Positions 10,873-25,100 are shown, counted from the whole stretch's first letter. The stretch is 62,275 nt of DNA, filler included, from Sphacelaria rigidula (GCA_964200075.2; 10 parts of 10 records of this genome joined end to end with filler, not necessarily neighbours in it); one strand, 5' to 3'. Numbers and translations are program-made. The notes: generated by a model from the sequence alone, not told the origin.

Positions 10873-13800
10873 GGCATGGGGCGTACGTGTCGTCGCGGTT
10901 GCGGTGGTTGTTTTTGTGCTCTGCCTTCGACTTTCGTTCTGTTGATGTTGATTTACTTGTAGGTTTAGGGATCCTCCCCTGCTGTTTTTATTTTCGTTTC
11001 TCGCTCGGTGTATGGAGAGCAGAAGCGATTTCGTGTTGTCTCGTGGTGTGTTGCAGTAACGGTCATACGTCAATAGTCGACGTCAACGTGGTGCTCGTCG
11101 TGGCATGTGTTCTCGCTGGTTGGTCGTTGATTCATCGCGCGATTCATACATGACGCACAGTGTGCCGTAGTGCTCGTGTCTTCAACTGTGCGGAATGCTT
11201 CGAGGCATGTCGTAGCCTGCCTGCCTCTCCGTCTGGCTGATTGTCCGTGGGTGGTCTGTGTTAATCATAGAGCTTGTGTGTAAATCGGTTCTAAGTTGTG
11301 CTGCCGGTCAATATCTGGTTGGAACAACAGGACGTAAATTCTTGGGGGGGAATTTCACGCAGCGCTGCAGGGTCAACATTGACCTTCATATAATGCGCAA
11401 AATATTGGGATACATGTTGGGACAATGACACAAACACTACGTAGCAGGTTGGTTCTGAGGCATTGCGCTTTTGTGTTTCCCCTCCCCGTCTGAAAATCGG
11501 GCAATCGGGCAAGTCACATGCATTGTGGGTTTGTGTTTTTCATCCTTTGCTGTTAAATGTTGTCAGCGGCCCGTGAGCAATAAGAATGGGGCCAGGACTA
11601 GTTTCTGTGTTTGTTGGAGTCATTTGATACACGCAACTGTACTTATCACCGTGCGTGTGGGGAAGGGGCGGGGGGGGGGAGGGGGCAAGAGGCCCGTGGG
11701 CATGGGTGGGTCTCAGGTCAGTTCCCCACGTTCCTGATATCGTTTCGCGACATGAATCGGTTGTGTTTGTGGGTATTGCTTTCACTAGGGGGAGGGCAGA
11801 GGATGGCCTGTGCTTGGCGCACCGGCGGTTTTTTTAGACTCGTGAATAGTACGAAGTCGATTCAAATACTGAAATACACTGAAATTGGTTATTTTTACGC
11901 CACGTCTACGCAATTGGTGCAATGTGGGTTTATCATGAGTATGAACTCGGTGCAAGGAAAGGGGCGATCATCCGGGTATGCACTACGGTGCAAACGCGTT
12001 CCTGGAGGTGAGAGGGGGGATTCGTCGTCGTCGTGCGATGACATGCGATCCACCACCAGAGAGTTGAGAATTTAGAATTATTGTCGTCCTCAGGACGGCA
12101 TTATCTTTTCACCACAATAAAAAGACCTGTGTATAATTCCTGCCCCGTCACCATCTCGGAACCTTTACAAAAGCCGGAATCAACAACGATGATGAACATC
12201 AGTGCCCTGCTGCACTCCATGATGGAACATCAGTGCCCTGCTGCAGTAGCTCAGTCGCACACTACCCATTTCCGATCCGATCAATCAAACATGACATACG
12301 GAACAGTGTTTTCGTGAGATTGAGAGTAGATGATACGATTGAGAGTGAAAAGCGGTCAATCAGTGATTGAAGCGTTNNNNNNNNNNNNNNNNNNNNNNNN
12401 NNNNNNNNNNNNNNNNNNNNTTAATTAATTAANNNNNNNNNNNNNNNNNNNNNNNNNNNNNNNNNNNNNNNNNNNNATTATCTTGCATTCGGATGACAGC
12501 CTACAATGAGTTGCTTTATTTTGTGGTATCGCCACTTCCTGAGACAGCCGGGAAGGAAGGGGCGAAAGAGAAGCACACTCCACCTGTAGTAAGCCGTGAT
12601 CGTCCTCAACATCATTAATCACAATCTTCTCGATTAGTGGCTTGGGCACATCACCATAAAGGCGCGATCTTTCGTTGGCGTCCCCTCGCGCTCGCCGCGT
12701 CGGCGAACGTCCTCCGCACAATACATACTACAATCTGCTGCCCATATGTCGTTGTCTCTGCTGGGCTCAGTCCCCCCCGCGTGACCCAGGTCAGTAGACG
12801 TATTGGACGCCTCCCAGGCTCGCCCACACTCAATGTCACGATCCCTCCTGCAATGCTTTCTATGGCTGCTTTCCGGCACGATACATGCCGTGGTCGCCGC
12901 CCAACCAACCTCTCTCGGGCTTGCAGTCCACACATACCTTGTGAATTCCTCCACTAACATACCACCCGGCAAACGGCAGGCGTTGTTACCACATCTCATC
13001 GGATTGTGAATGCATAAACATACACTAACGAGAAATGCTACGGTAGAGGTCACATGTTTCAAGCGAAGACGTTTCTCGGGGCTGCTCGTGGTGTTGGACG
13101 AGTCATTTCGAGAATCAACATCATTTTTACTTGAAGACTGAAAACGATGCCGATGCAAGCAAAGGCTCCTACGTGCAAACACCATGTTTCGGGGAGTCCG
13201 GCCCCCGGAGATTCAGGGTGCACAGAAAGCCCCACATGTTGGGCTCCTACAGAAAAGAGGCCCAGAAACAAAATGTGCAACCCGTCCCGTAGCATTGCTC
13301 TAACCAGGATTGCTTATCGGACCGAGAATAAAGTTCGATAGATATTCTTAGAATATCGAACCACAACCGTCGATACCAATATTTTTGTCGATATTTCGAA
13401 AATGACACGATACGTATCTAGTATCGATATTCGATACGATACGGCTGTCTTGGTATGGCCGCAGTGTATAAGACCGAGCAGTGCAGTGGCACACTGACAC
13501 CCTCACTCACTATTGTAGGTCGCTCAAGATACCACATACCCTCGACAGATTTTCAAAGCTCACTTATTCCTCACCAGAAGCGATGCCAGGGCTTAACTAG
13601 GCGGCGTTGCAACCATCTCGTCGAGAGAAGGTAATCGAGCTTTGGAAATCGCTCCTGAGGGTGTGGTATCTCAAGCAACCTGCAGTAGTTTCCAGTAGAC
13701 AGCACGGGACACATGATGTACAGCAGCGGGTAGTGTGCAAATTGACATCCTAGCAGCCGCGGCATATGCGGTGATACAGCTGTCTTGCGAATATCTTTCG

Positions 13801-14414
13801 TCGTGCAAGAGGTAGTTGATCACAGCGGGCCAGGTGTGGTATTATTGATGATACTGTTTTCATTTTCACGGTCACTTTGCCGTGTGTTCGATCGAATGAG
13901 CGCATTCCTCGACTCTGCGCATTCATTAGAAAAGGAAGAGGTGTCCACCCTCGAACATGCACAAACTCAGATGCGAGCTATTTTTGTTTTTGAACGTTTT
14001 CCACGACCAATAGCAGGAAACGTCGGCAGCATGCATCAAGTTTTAATTTTTGGATTCCAATATATAAATATATATATATATAGATATATGCCACCAACCA
14101 AGTAGAAAAAACATTTGAGCTTGAAACAATTAGGATGTCCAGACTAATGGATGGAAGGGAAAATAAATCCAGCACTCGTCAAACATGAAGAAAAGGCGAA
14201 GCGACAGTGACATCTCCTCATACTCCGAAGGACAGCTGCTTCTACTGTTATCTGCAGCTCTGCATTGAACATGACCTCATATCTACTCCGCCACGCCACC
14301 CGTATGTTGCCGTTGGTAAACACCCCCGCTGAATCATATCCCCAAACCCTAAACCCACGATATAAGCGGTGTGTGGTGTGTGAAGGGAACCTTGTGGAGT
14401 GAGGGATGGGGGGG

Positions 14415-14682
14415 CAGGGTTGCACATCAACTGGGGATCTGCCGTTCGAAAATACCACCCCCCTGCGTTTACTGTGACGACGGTTTCGAGAAATTGAGCG
14501 AATGTGACGAAAAATAAAACAAAAATATCGAGCGTATCGATATTCGACATTGATATTCGACATTGATATTCGATATTGGTACATATCACATATATCGATT
14601 TTCTACGCTCCGATACCGATATGGCATATCGCCGATATTTATCGAAATCGTATCGATTATCGATATCCGATGTGCAACCCTG
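14415..14682. mobile_element. hAT-like MITE with TCGATA-rich internal repeats
   Basis: Perfect 14-bp TIR CAGGGTTGCACATC; no TSD visible; a similar TCGATA-rich patch at about 13335-13445. Confidence 0.65.
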
Positions 14683-16877
14683 ACAGCTTTACGTAGCGCA
14701 TATGCCGCGCTAGCTCCGCAGTATATGGCACCGCACGTATGAGCACGGTATGGCACTGTCCTTCATGGTATTGTTCAGCCCAGTTCAGTTTATTGTTGTG
14801 ATTAAATGTCCTCATCAAAGTAGAGGATCAACCGCGATGACGTTTTTTTGCATTTTTAATCTAAAAATTACCACGTATGTTGTCTTGGTCGACATTGGAC
14901 TACATGTTTTTCATCAGATATGTAAATAGTTTTGCGAGGTACGTACCGACCTACCGTTCGTCAGCGCAACTACAGCCAAAGCTTGATACGTCGGAGCACA
15001 GCCGTGTGGACATGCACTCGCAATCAGTTTATGAGATTCGTGTACAGCCGAGGCTGTGGGAAGTTTTCTATCCCAGTGCCCAATTTATATATGAATTGCG
15101 GGGCAAGAGGATCAGTTTTCAACAACTTCTACTGCCTCTCGACTCTCATCCACTGATACGGTGCAGTATGTGGGACTTGAACAGCAGAAGCTGCTCGCAA
15201 ATAAGTCTTTTTGCCCAATTCCAGGTATTGGCGGGCAAAATGGGGATTTATTTCGAACAGCTTCTAGTGTACAAATTCCATCTGCAAGTGTATATGGGAT
15301 TTGTACAGCCTCTGCTGTTCGAAATAAATCAGTTTTGCCCGATTCAAAAATTTGGAGATAGGATACATTTCGAACAGCAGAGGCTGTCCATATTCCAGAT
15401 TTCTATGGCACTTGTGCTTTCAAAAACAATCCAGGGGATTCGAATATTGACACAGACCTTCGAGGGCCCCAACATTGAAAATCCTCTCGAGGATTGCGAA
15501 TACCCAAGATCCTCTAGTGGGGATTCCACAACGGACGGAACCGAGGATGACGTCTGGAAAATCCTCGACAAGGGTAACCGAATGGCTGCGTATGTTCCTG
15601 TCTGGTGCTTGGATTCGAGGCAGAGGAGAAAAACTCAGAGTGGAATGACGCCGAACCATAGGCCGTGATGTTGTCGATAATGTGTGTCTCGTTCACATTT
15701 CACGACCGGGATCATGGTAACTTGGCGGGACCAGGTGGACACATGGTGCGGGAAGAATTTCAAGTTGCCGATGTTGAAGCCGGAAGTTGCACTTTGAAGG
15801 GTTAGAGCCATTCACACAGGAAGACGCGAGACTAAACAACCAGTCCAAATCATTTGAACGCTTTCACTCCTTCCGTCTGGGCCTGCCGCTCGACTTTGTT
15901 CGACCTAGAAATTTACCCGAAAGCATGCATGGCTGATCTGAGAAGTTTCCTGTTCACCGCCTGAAATCCAGCACCCTCCTCCCTCAGAAAGGATCCGCCC
16001 AATGGAAATCCTAGAACTATCAGCAGGCAAACCTGCTCCGACGTGGAACTCGCGGTCAAATTTTCAAGCGGGTATAGTTTCGATCACAAGGGTGCGCATG
16101 GTTGCGTGTTGTGCGTTGACCGCCAGCTGTGAGAGGCGAAGGTACCACGGTTATCCAGAAGCGACACCACCCAGAAACGACTACTTTCTGTGTATCGTGG
16201 GCTTTTCTGCTCTCGGTACGATACACCGAGGGATAACAATGAATTCGTGAGATAGAAGAGGAAATCGTATTGTAGGAACGGAAGGTGGGGCTCACGTCTA
16301 CGTACCAATGAGATATTCTTGACATTCAGCACCCAAGGTATTTTCTGGGATTGAGTGGTCCGCGGACAAGGAATGGAAATTTCTTTCCGAGTCGTACGCT
16401 CGAGCTTTTCGGGCTTTAGTCCACAAACGAAGCACACGTCCCATCTCGTTGCCTTTCTAGCCGAAGGATAGAGGAATCATCCTGTGCTGTGCTGTGCTGT
16501 GCTGTGCTCGATCGTAAGCCCCGAGCTCCAAAGGGGACAAGCTCACCACATTGTCAAGACCCCAACTAGGTCGAAACACATGGAGCCACAGATAACATGG
16601 CACAAGGTAGATAGTGGGGACATTTAACCCTTGACACTGTGATTATCTACAGTGTTACATTCAGACCCCACCGCTCAACGTGTCCAGTGCTCCTTCGCCG
16701 ATGCTCGGTTGGGGATAGCTTCCGGGCCTGTGTTGTATTCTAGCAGTTTCATAGCACGCAGGAATAAACCGGTGGCACTACGGATCACTCCTGCTACCAT
16801 GCTTCATCATGGCTCCAGTTGCACGAAATATTGAATGTTCTGACTCCACAGTTCGTTATTTGTTCCTCACGCGCCAG

Positions 16878-17050
16878 GTGGCTGTGAAAATGAATGCCGT
16901 GGTGACTGATCCGAGCAACGAGCTGCAGCGGGAGGCAGAAGTGCACAACCAGGCGTGGCACCAGCTACCGTACGTTATTCCACTCTTGGGATTCTTGCCC
17001 GCGCACGCTCCCACAGGATTTCCGGCCGTTCTTGTCATGGACGTGGTCAC
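16878..17050 (+). CDS. Divergent protein kinase exon (subdomains II-V)
   Basis: Bounded by ccag| and |gtgagt; VAVKMN...NELQREAEVH...YVIPLLGF...AVLVMDVV. Confidence 0.7.
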
Positions 17051-17233
17051 GTGAGTAGCTCTGTATGACGCTGTCATCACGTACTTGGTTGTGGTAGAAC
17101 TTCCCCGTCCCGTGCAGATGGCCACCGGATAGTTTTCATGTCGAGCGTGTGATACGGTACTTGCACGTCGCTTTGATCGAGTGGTGACGTTCTTACTTTC
17201 TCGTGAACTGACGAGCCCTTCATGTTCCCGCAG

Positions 17234-17321
17234 GCCTCTGTCGGAGTTTCTCGAGACATCCGGCCCGCTGTCGCATCGTGGCCTGACCAAGACCAAGGCG
17301 ATCGCACGCATCATTTACCAG
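17234..17321 (+). CDS. Next exon of the same kinase (alphaD-alphaE region)
   Basis: cccgcag| acceptor in matching phase 2; PLSEFLETSGPLSHRGLTKTKAIARIIYQ followed by |gtgaca. Confidence 0.6.
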
Positions 17322-17959
17322 GTGACACGCCGCAGGTGTACCATGTTGGCCACGAGGGACCGTGAGATGTGGACGTGAAGATTATCCTTCCTCGTGCCAT
17401 CTCATCGCTGTGTCTCTTGCTGCAAGAGATGTGAAGACAACACAAAATGCGGCCAGTCACTCCTTGTCAGATACAGGTTTCATAAAAGGAAGAAATAGAG
17501 TATACCGACGTGAGGGTGACGAAATGAGCGCTCTGTCGATGCCCGGGTTTCATGGCCGAGAGTACGGTGCGGTCGACCCCAATGAGTCAAAAATGATCGC
17601 CGTTTCCGGAGTGGAAGCACACTGTATCCTCATTTTTCTAGCAATAAATGTTTAAAACCGGAAAGGGTTACCGTTAACGGAACTTGATTTCCCGACGATA
17701 TTACGTTCTTTTTAGGGGCAAAACTTCACCTCAGAAAAATGTGAGAGCGGATTTCTTCAACAGGCCAGGCAATAGATCACTTAAGTAAAGACTGACTACA
17801 AATTCCTAAAACAAATCTAGCGTCGGAGTTGTTTTTCATACCTGTTTTTTTTCAACTCCAAGGTACACGAAATATTTAATTCCTAGACCTATGTACTCTC
17901 TTTCATGTTTTTGATCTCTCCGGGGCGGGGGCACAATACCAGACCACCCCCCCCCCCTC

Positions 17960-18614
17960 CCAAATAGTTGAGAGATAGGGATAGGGATGAAAACATATCT
18001 GCATGGTCCAATGGGCTCCGCGAAAAAAGTGAAAAGCTGTGATTTCGGGTGGGGGACCTGGACCTGCCAGAAAGAAGAGATATTCCAGTAGTCGAGCGGA
18101 GGAGGAAGAATATGCACGGAATTGCCGCTGTGGCAAAGCAATAAAGAGTAGAACTCTAAAGCGGCGAAATATGAGCTATACGAGGAGGAACGGGACGTGC
18201 TAGAGGGGGAAATGCGGGAAGTCAACGAAGGTGGCATGAATCGTTTGGTACATCAGACAGTAGGGAGAAAACGACGGCTATACTGTAATAGGTGATAGAT
18301 GGTGGCCACAGACGGCGAAACAGACCGGATAAAAGATGTATAAAAGGTTTTGTGTAATGTATGGAAGAAACATGATGAGCACCGAAATGTTGGGAGTGTC
18401 CCTATTAGGAGTAGGAACGGTGCTCCGTCTCGAAAGGGACGCGTGGTCAATGGTCAAACGACTAAGGCAAGCAACACATGAATACTCATGACCATGCATG
18501 CCATAGTCACATGACCATATGAAACATGATGAGCACCGAAATGTTGGGAGTGTCCCTATTAGGAGTAGGAACGGTGCTCCGTCTCGAAAGAGACGCGTGG
18601 TCAATGGTCAAACG
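17960..18614 (+). mobile_element. 5'-truncated LINE, decayed ORF2 C-terminus
   Basis: Homologous to 32373-32900; the last ~90-100 bp are tandemly duplicated (18368-18460 and 18523-18614). Confidence 0.8.
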
Positions 18615-19803
18615 NNNNNNNNNNNNNNNNNNNNNNNNNNNNNNNNNNNNNNNNNNNNTTAATTAATTAANNNNNNNNNNNNNNNNNNNNNNNNNNNNNN
18701 NNNNNNNNNNNNNNGGAAAGCACTGTTTTAGGCTTGAACCTCAACTCGGAGTTAAACCTCAATTCGCACAATTTGTTAAATGAAAAGCCATGCCCACGGA
18801 ACAACAAATACATTTGCACAAGGCGCGTCATTCTTCCGTTAAAATTGTGGAACGATGGGATCCGATAAATCAAGTTCCTTAAATCATGACGAGGAGGTCG
18901 ACCAACAGCCGCCGAGCCCACATCACACACCTGGCGACTGTACTTCACTCGTCTATGTAAGGGCCGTCCTCGTTGAAGTTCATCAGTACATATATATGGC
19001 TCTGTCGCAAGTTTAGCACACGGTGTTGGCCCAATGTCGATTGGCGTCCCCAAAAATGAATGGTTGAGCGTTCTGGTTTCAGACACCGGGGTTGGGCTAC
19101 AAGTGTCCATGACTGGTATTACTTGATTTGATTGTGTACAACGAGAATCGCGGAATTTAAGTAGGGTCTTGATATTAGAATGCAGTCCACTTTTTCTCGA
19201 TATGAACTTTGGATCCATCTCGTTCTCTTCCGATGACGTGAGGCACATTTTACCCGCCGAGCCTGAATAAGCCCCAAAGTCGATATGTCGGTGTCTAGTC
19301 GTAATTTTGGTCGGTGACACTTTTTTTGCCCATTTTGGGGGGCCAGGCGTACCCATAACTATGGCTGCCGACACATCTGTCTTACCCTGATGACGGTGTC
19401 TCAAGTGCCATCGCCATGATCCTCAAGGGTGCAAAGTCAGTGAGAGAAAACAAGAGACCCTATGATACCGACCGCAGGTCAGGGGCCACAGCCCTTGAAT
19501 GACTGAAAACTCGTCATGGACGAGGCTGATGGAGCGAGGCAAGGGGTGTTACCCCAGTTCTCAGGGGTGGGTGCGCCCTGAGAGTGCCATGGATCGTAGC
19601 GATAATACAATACGTGAAGTGCGATGCCAGACGTGACACGGGGTACAGTGAGGTAATCCAACCGAGGCAGGGACCGAGGCAGGTGGATAGTTATGCCATT
19701 GAAAGCAAGACATTATTGACTAGGGTGGGAGCAAGTAGTTGCTGACCAGACCCGAACTAACCAGTTGTTTTTGACATTGGAACCGAGGAGTTTTTGACCA
19801 CTC

Positions 19804-20250
19804 TCTAAAACCATGTTCAACACGGGATTTTACAAATTGGGGATGGACTTTTGTTATCGGGGATGAGAATCCGGAGAACTAAAATATTTGTATCCACACC
19901 AAATCTTCGAAACTTGGTTCCATTTCTTCACTCGCTAGTAGATATTGACAACCGTTACACGCCATACAAATTTGGATTTCGATCACCGACATGTCTGGGT
20001 CCTAGTTAATTTGATTTTGAGGGGGCATTGACTGAAAACCCTGTTTTTTTACCTAGGACCCCGAGATTTTGGTTGTCGAAATACAAATTTGTATGGCGTG
20101 TAGCGGTTGTCAATAGCTACCAGCAATTGAAGAAATGGAACCATGTTTCGAAGATGTGGTGTGAACACGGAGATTTTAATTCTTCGTGTTTTCATCCTCA
20201 ATAAAAATCCATTCCCAATTTGTTTAATCCTTTGTTGTTTGGTTTTTAGA
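19804..20250. repeat. Long imperfect inverted repeat (foldback element)
   Basis: Arms 19804-20005 and 20051-20250 are reverse complements over about 200 bp. Confidence 0.9.
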
Positions 20251-23200
20251 ATATGTCTTCGAGACACTTTCGGTGTGGTCGCAAAGGCTGGCGCTGGCTA
20301 GTCGTGGTTAAGCTAATCGAACAGACTCACTGCCATAGGAGCATAGACACAAGATGGTGTCAAAGGTGTCGCGCAAAAACGTCAGAAGCGATCCTGTGCA
20401 GTACAGTTTGTAAAAGAGTAACCGACGGAGGTCACGCTCACTGCACAACAAAACATCGGTGACAGTCCCGCGGCAATCCGCGATACTACTGCGCCACATT
20501 GTCTCCCACTTCACATGTACGCTATCAAAATGTGCTAGAGACCTGTCCCGTGATCTCACACAGCACACCACGTTACGAAGTGTTGACGCCATGAACTCCA
20601 AAGCCTCATCCCCTAATATTCCCCCTCAAGGCAAGTAATACCCGCCGGCTTTTTGTTCCGAAGCGGCGTCCACAACCCAGCACAACCATCCCAGCATGGT
20701 GTTCTCTCCACGGTACTCAGATAAAACGAATGAAAAACAAATTTTATGGCGAAACTAGCTTTGAACGCATTGATCAGTTTGACGAGGTGACGGTGCCTGT
20801 GGTTACTGAGGTAATTGGTTCCCATATCGCCGAGTTAGCCCTCGGTCTTAACGTACATGAAGAATAACAGGCGATCGTTTAAGATGGGGTTGAGCACAAA
20901 ACATGAGGTTCAAATGGCATACCTAAATTGCAGGTTAAATGCGAAACAGTTACGCCCAGGAAAAGCATCTCCCCCCCCCCCCCCCCCCCACAAAAAAAAA
21001 CAACACAACCCGGGGCGGGGTGGGGGGGGGGGGAGGGCAAGGGAAAAGAAAAACACGCGCGCCGNNNNNNNNNNAACAAAGGGTTGAAAAGGCATACCTA
21101 AATTGCAGGTTAAAAGCGAAACAGTTACGCCCAGGAAAAGCATCTCCCCCCCCCCCCCCCCAAAGGAAAATCTGCAGCAGTTCAGCAGGTGTGGCTAGGT
21201 GCACGGTAATGGCAAAGGAGACAACAGCCTGCCTTGCAGCGCGATGCCGCGTATAAAACCTCTGCTTGGGCCGGTCAGAGGCCAAGAGTAGATATACAAG
21301 AGACAATGTCGCAAACCATAAAACGTTTATCATATTATACTCTCGAAGCTGGAGATCCGAATACCAAAGACCAAAAACTATGGGAAGCCAGGAGAAGTGA
21401 TTTCAGGGTGCACTCAAGCACGCACAGCAAATTCTTATATGACCCGTTCCCGAAAATACATGCGAATGAAGCGCCTCCCAGCTTCCCAATACACAACATC
21501 GCAGCTCCATGATTAACCGCAATCCCGCTTCTCGATGAACCATAATCCCAGCTCCATGATATCCACTTTCTCAGCTCCGTGGCTTTGTTGCACACGATTG
21601 TGCCAGCAAGCGAATTCCACCACATTTAATACTCCGATTAACCACCGAGATTATCCGCCCCAATAATACCTGATTTCCACCGTCTTTACCTGATCCTTGA
21701 TCGAGGTACCATTCGACTCCAGGATGAACTATTTGGAACACTTGATGCGGGCGAAATCGATCACACGAAACGAATGCGGTGTACACGCGTGTCGATGACG
21801 ATATCACCAGAGGAGTAACGGCGGAGAGGAGGCCCCTCGCCGGTGTCCTTTGCGTGACCTCGTTCGGCGATTCCCAATCGCTGGAGAGACTGGCATCATG
21901 TATTAAAATATTGCCAACCTGAGTCCTGGTGCACATGAACTTGGACTAATTCGGGTACATAACAGTTGAGAAACCACTCTGATGTGGGGGTAATCGTCTA
22001 CACAATTCAGGTGTGCGTAAACGAAAGTCAGCAGCCTGGTTCAGGCACAGAACAGTGGCGTGAAGGGCTTTCTATAATTATTTGATCATACCCTGCGTAT
22101 TCTTTCAGTTTCCTTCAATCAATCTCACTCTATCCCACAATATCTCGCACTCAATCTCTCTCACTCAATACCTCTCACACGCACTCACCACACACACTTC
22201 TGCAAACCTCCAGAGCAAGGCACGTTGACATCGGGCAACCCAATCAGACCGAACGATGGTGGGCGGTGCGCAGCTCGGTTGTCTGTGCGTGACATGTATT
22301 GTACTCGCATAACCTACGCCATTGACAACACTCCGCAACCTCAACATAGTTGATGTCAACTTTTTCCGCACTATAGCTTGCATCAATCTCGTTCATGACT
22401 GAGCGTGAGCACATTCGAGTAGCCCCCCTGCTTACGGCTCAGTCGTGAGCTGAAAGCCCATACTGTTGAAAACTGGAAAAAAAAGTACCAATTTGACACA
22501 AAATAAAAATACCTTGAGCCATGCTCGAAACCCACAAATATATATTAAAAAGCAAAATTTGCCCAGAAAATAGTACCTCCAGTATTTTACGCCCCCCCCA
22601 AACCTAATTTAATCTCCCCTTAGCGGGAATGTTTTCCACATACATCTCAATTCAAAATGGGCTTACATAATCAAATCCTTCGATCCCCGGACTTTCATGG
22701 CTATCGCGCTTGTTTGGAAACATTTTCATCCACTCCAAAAACAAAACGCAGACATAGAAATAAACCAAGCTACATTGGCATCTCGGTGATACTATAATCT
22801 GAGGTTTATACGATCAAACTCGAACTGAACTACGATCGAACATATATGATACAGTTCAAAAGGGTCTGGCCGAGATTTTCATGTAAAATAAAAGTCTTGA
22901 GCCTGAATGTTCAAACGTTCTAGACCCACGCCGGTATTTCTACGCAGAATGATCCTCAACAAATCCTAGAATGCCCAGTGAAGCTCACCAATCATCAACT
23001 TCTGCAAGTCTGTTGTCTTATCAAATAAATCACCAATACCAGGCAGTAGTCGTATAGATGCACGCTCATTTATGACCGATAGGTGTAAAATCTTCAAATG
23101 AAATAATGCAAAGTATAAACCTATTCTCGATATAGGGCCCCTCGGCCCAGCGTACAGCTGCTTCACGCTTGACACTGTCTCCTGTCTGCCCGAGAAACAG

Positions 23201-24952
23201 CAGTTTGCAACTTATCGTCTTTGGCATACCGCGAATCAAGTCCTGTACGTCTACGTGTAAACAGGGATGGTAGTGGCTGGGACTAGTGCGGGACGACCTA
23301 GCGGGAATTTGCTGGGAAACGGCTCGCGTCTCAGCGCCGGCTTGCTTCGGGCCCTTGCGAATGTAGGGCGATGACCATAACACGAACACGATTTATGCTT
23401 CAAAACAACTTTACGCTTCCGTGCAACGACACATCACCATACCACGGGTGCGTGCGGCAGACCTTCATTTGCCACTTCTAACAAGGGCCCAGCCCATAGA
23501 CTACTCCGGTTTCACCCCAAACCGGCGCAATCTAAGACCGCAACGTCACAAACACCAAAATGCATTGAAATTGGAAGAGTCCTGGGCGCAGGGCAACCCA
23601 TGAAAGAAAGTTCATACAAGAAGAGTTATTACTACACATTCCCCACTATCCAGAGCACCTCCTTTGAAACGCTTCCATTATCATGTTACCAGCACATACC
23701 TGATTTGCCATGTGCCGGCAGGCGAGATATTGCTGCACAGCCCCCCAGAGAACGTCGAGGTACCGAGGGGTGCCATCTCTTCTTGTCTGTGACGCTGACC
23801 AATGCAAATATCGATTCCTCTTTGCCTCTCTTTTTGGCCAAGACGCGCCTCTGTGCGCTACAGAATACGTCGTCGAATAGCAGAGCGACGTTCGCGTCAT
23901 CGCTACTGTTCTCTCTCACACACATGCCAGCAAGGATGGTGTTTCGGCAGTAACAAGATCCAATTGCAACTTGGGGGGGTATTGCCGTCATCATTGATTG
24001 TACTCGATATCTGCACCTGTACTTGCCCGACAAGGAGAAGAGCGTACCACACCCTGTGGGAATGCATGAGAGATCAAACACTTGTGGAGACCTTGTGATG
24101 CGGAGTGACAAACGATACCTCTGGTGGTGACGAAACTATTGCTGGCGTGACCCAACATAGGGTTGCCGCCATGCTGGAATCTGGAGCACTCGCTGCGGGG
24201 GTGTGGATGTCTTTCCCAACTTTGCATGTGAGGAGGCTACTCATGACAAGCTGGGGCGAGATATATGGTTTCATGAGGAATAAGGGTGCCCGATGATAGA
24301 CCACTTGCCATTGCATTTGTAATCCACACCATCAACCGGTGACCGCAAACATCTTGCCTGAAAATAGCTTTCAAGCAGCGCTGGCAGCAGTACGTCAGAC
24401 AAGCCACGACATGGCTAGCTTCTGCTGCTGACGGTCTGTACAATAACGTAGCATCGAGATTGACAATGGTTGCACAAATAAACAGGTCCGGTTTTCAAAA
24501 TTCATTCCACAGGAGACACTGCCTACGATAGCCCTTTTCCAAGAAGTGGCTGGTTTGGGGAGGCAAAATCTACACGTAAATCGAAAATAAAATCCGAGCA
24601 CAACGAGAAGATGGGAATCCGTACGCTTAGGTTCCGTTTCGCCAATATCGCTCATATGAGGCGCGTCATGCAGCCTGAAACCAAACATCAGGCGCTGTAG
24701 GAGTATTTTCTTCGTGAAAATTCTCAGCTGTTTTGTTATTTTTTTTGGGGGGGGGTATCGTAGAAAGTGTCAGGATCAAAACGCCTCTCAAAACAGCGAA
24801 TCATCTATATTGAGGATGGTGCTTTTTGTTGAGGATGAAACACAGTCGGAAANNNNNNNNNNNNNNNNNNNNNNNNNNNNNNNNNNNNNNNNNNNNTTAA
24901 TTAATTAANNNNNNNNNNNNNNNNNNNNNNNNNNNNNNNNNNNNNNNNNNNN

Positions 24953-25100
24953 AGAAGGAAGGTGGGGTATTAAAAACAAATAAAAAAAAAAGCTCCTGTG
25001 TTGACTTTCCTTCTGTGACCCCGGCTGATGCGCCCACATATACCGAAAGGTGTAGACTGGCGCCCAGAATAAATGGGACGACAACACACAACACACACCA
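24953..25100 (+). mobile_element. SINE family A, 3' part
   Basis: Matches 1150-1300 (CTGTGACCCCGGCTGATGCGCCCACATA...ACAC tail). Confidence 0.85.

Noticed and set aside
7036..11073. Overlapping antisense and alternative-frame ORFs (polyV, polyC, polyA, polyL)
   Set aside because: Shadows of GC-rich trinucleotide repeats in the real exon; the same applies at 56651-59657
14877..15668. 263-aa ORF as a gene
   Set aside because: Overlaps nested inverted repeats and has no recognisable domain
20915..21165. ~70-bp direct repeat around a 10-N gap
   Set aside because: Probably a scaffolding overlap at poly-C/poly-G tracts
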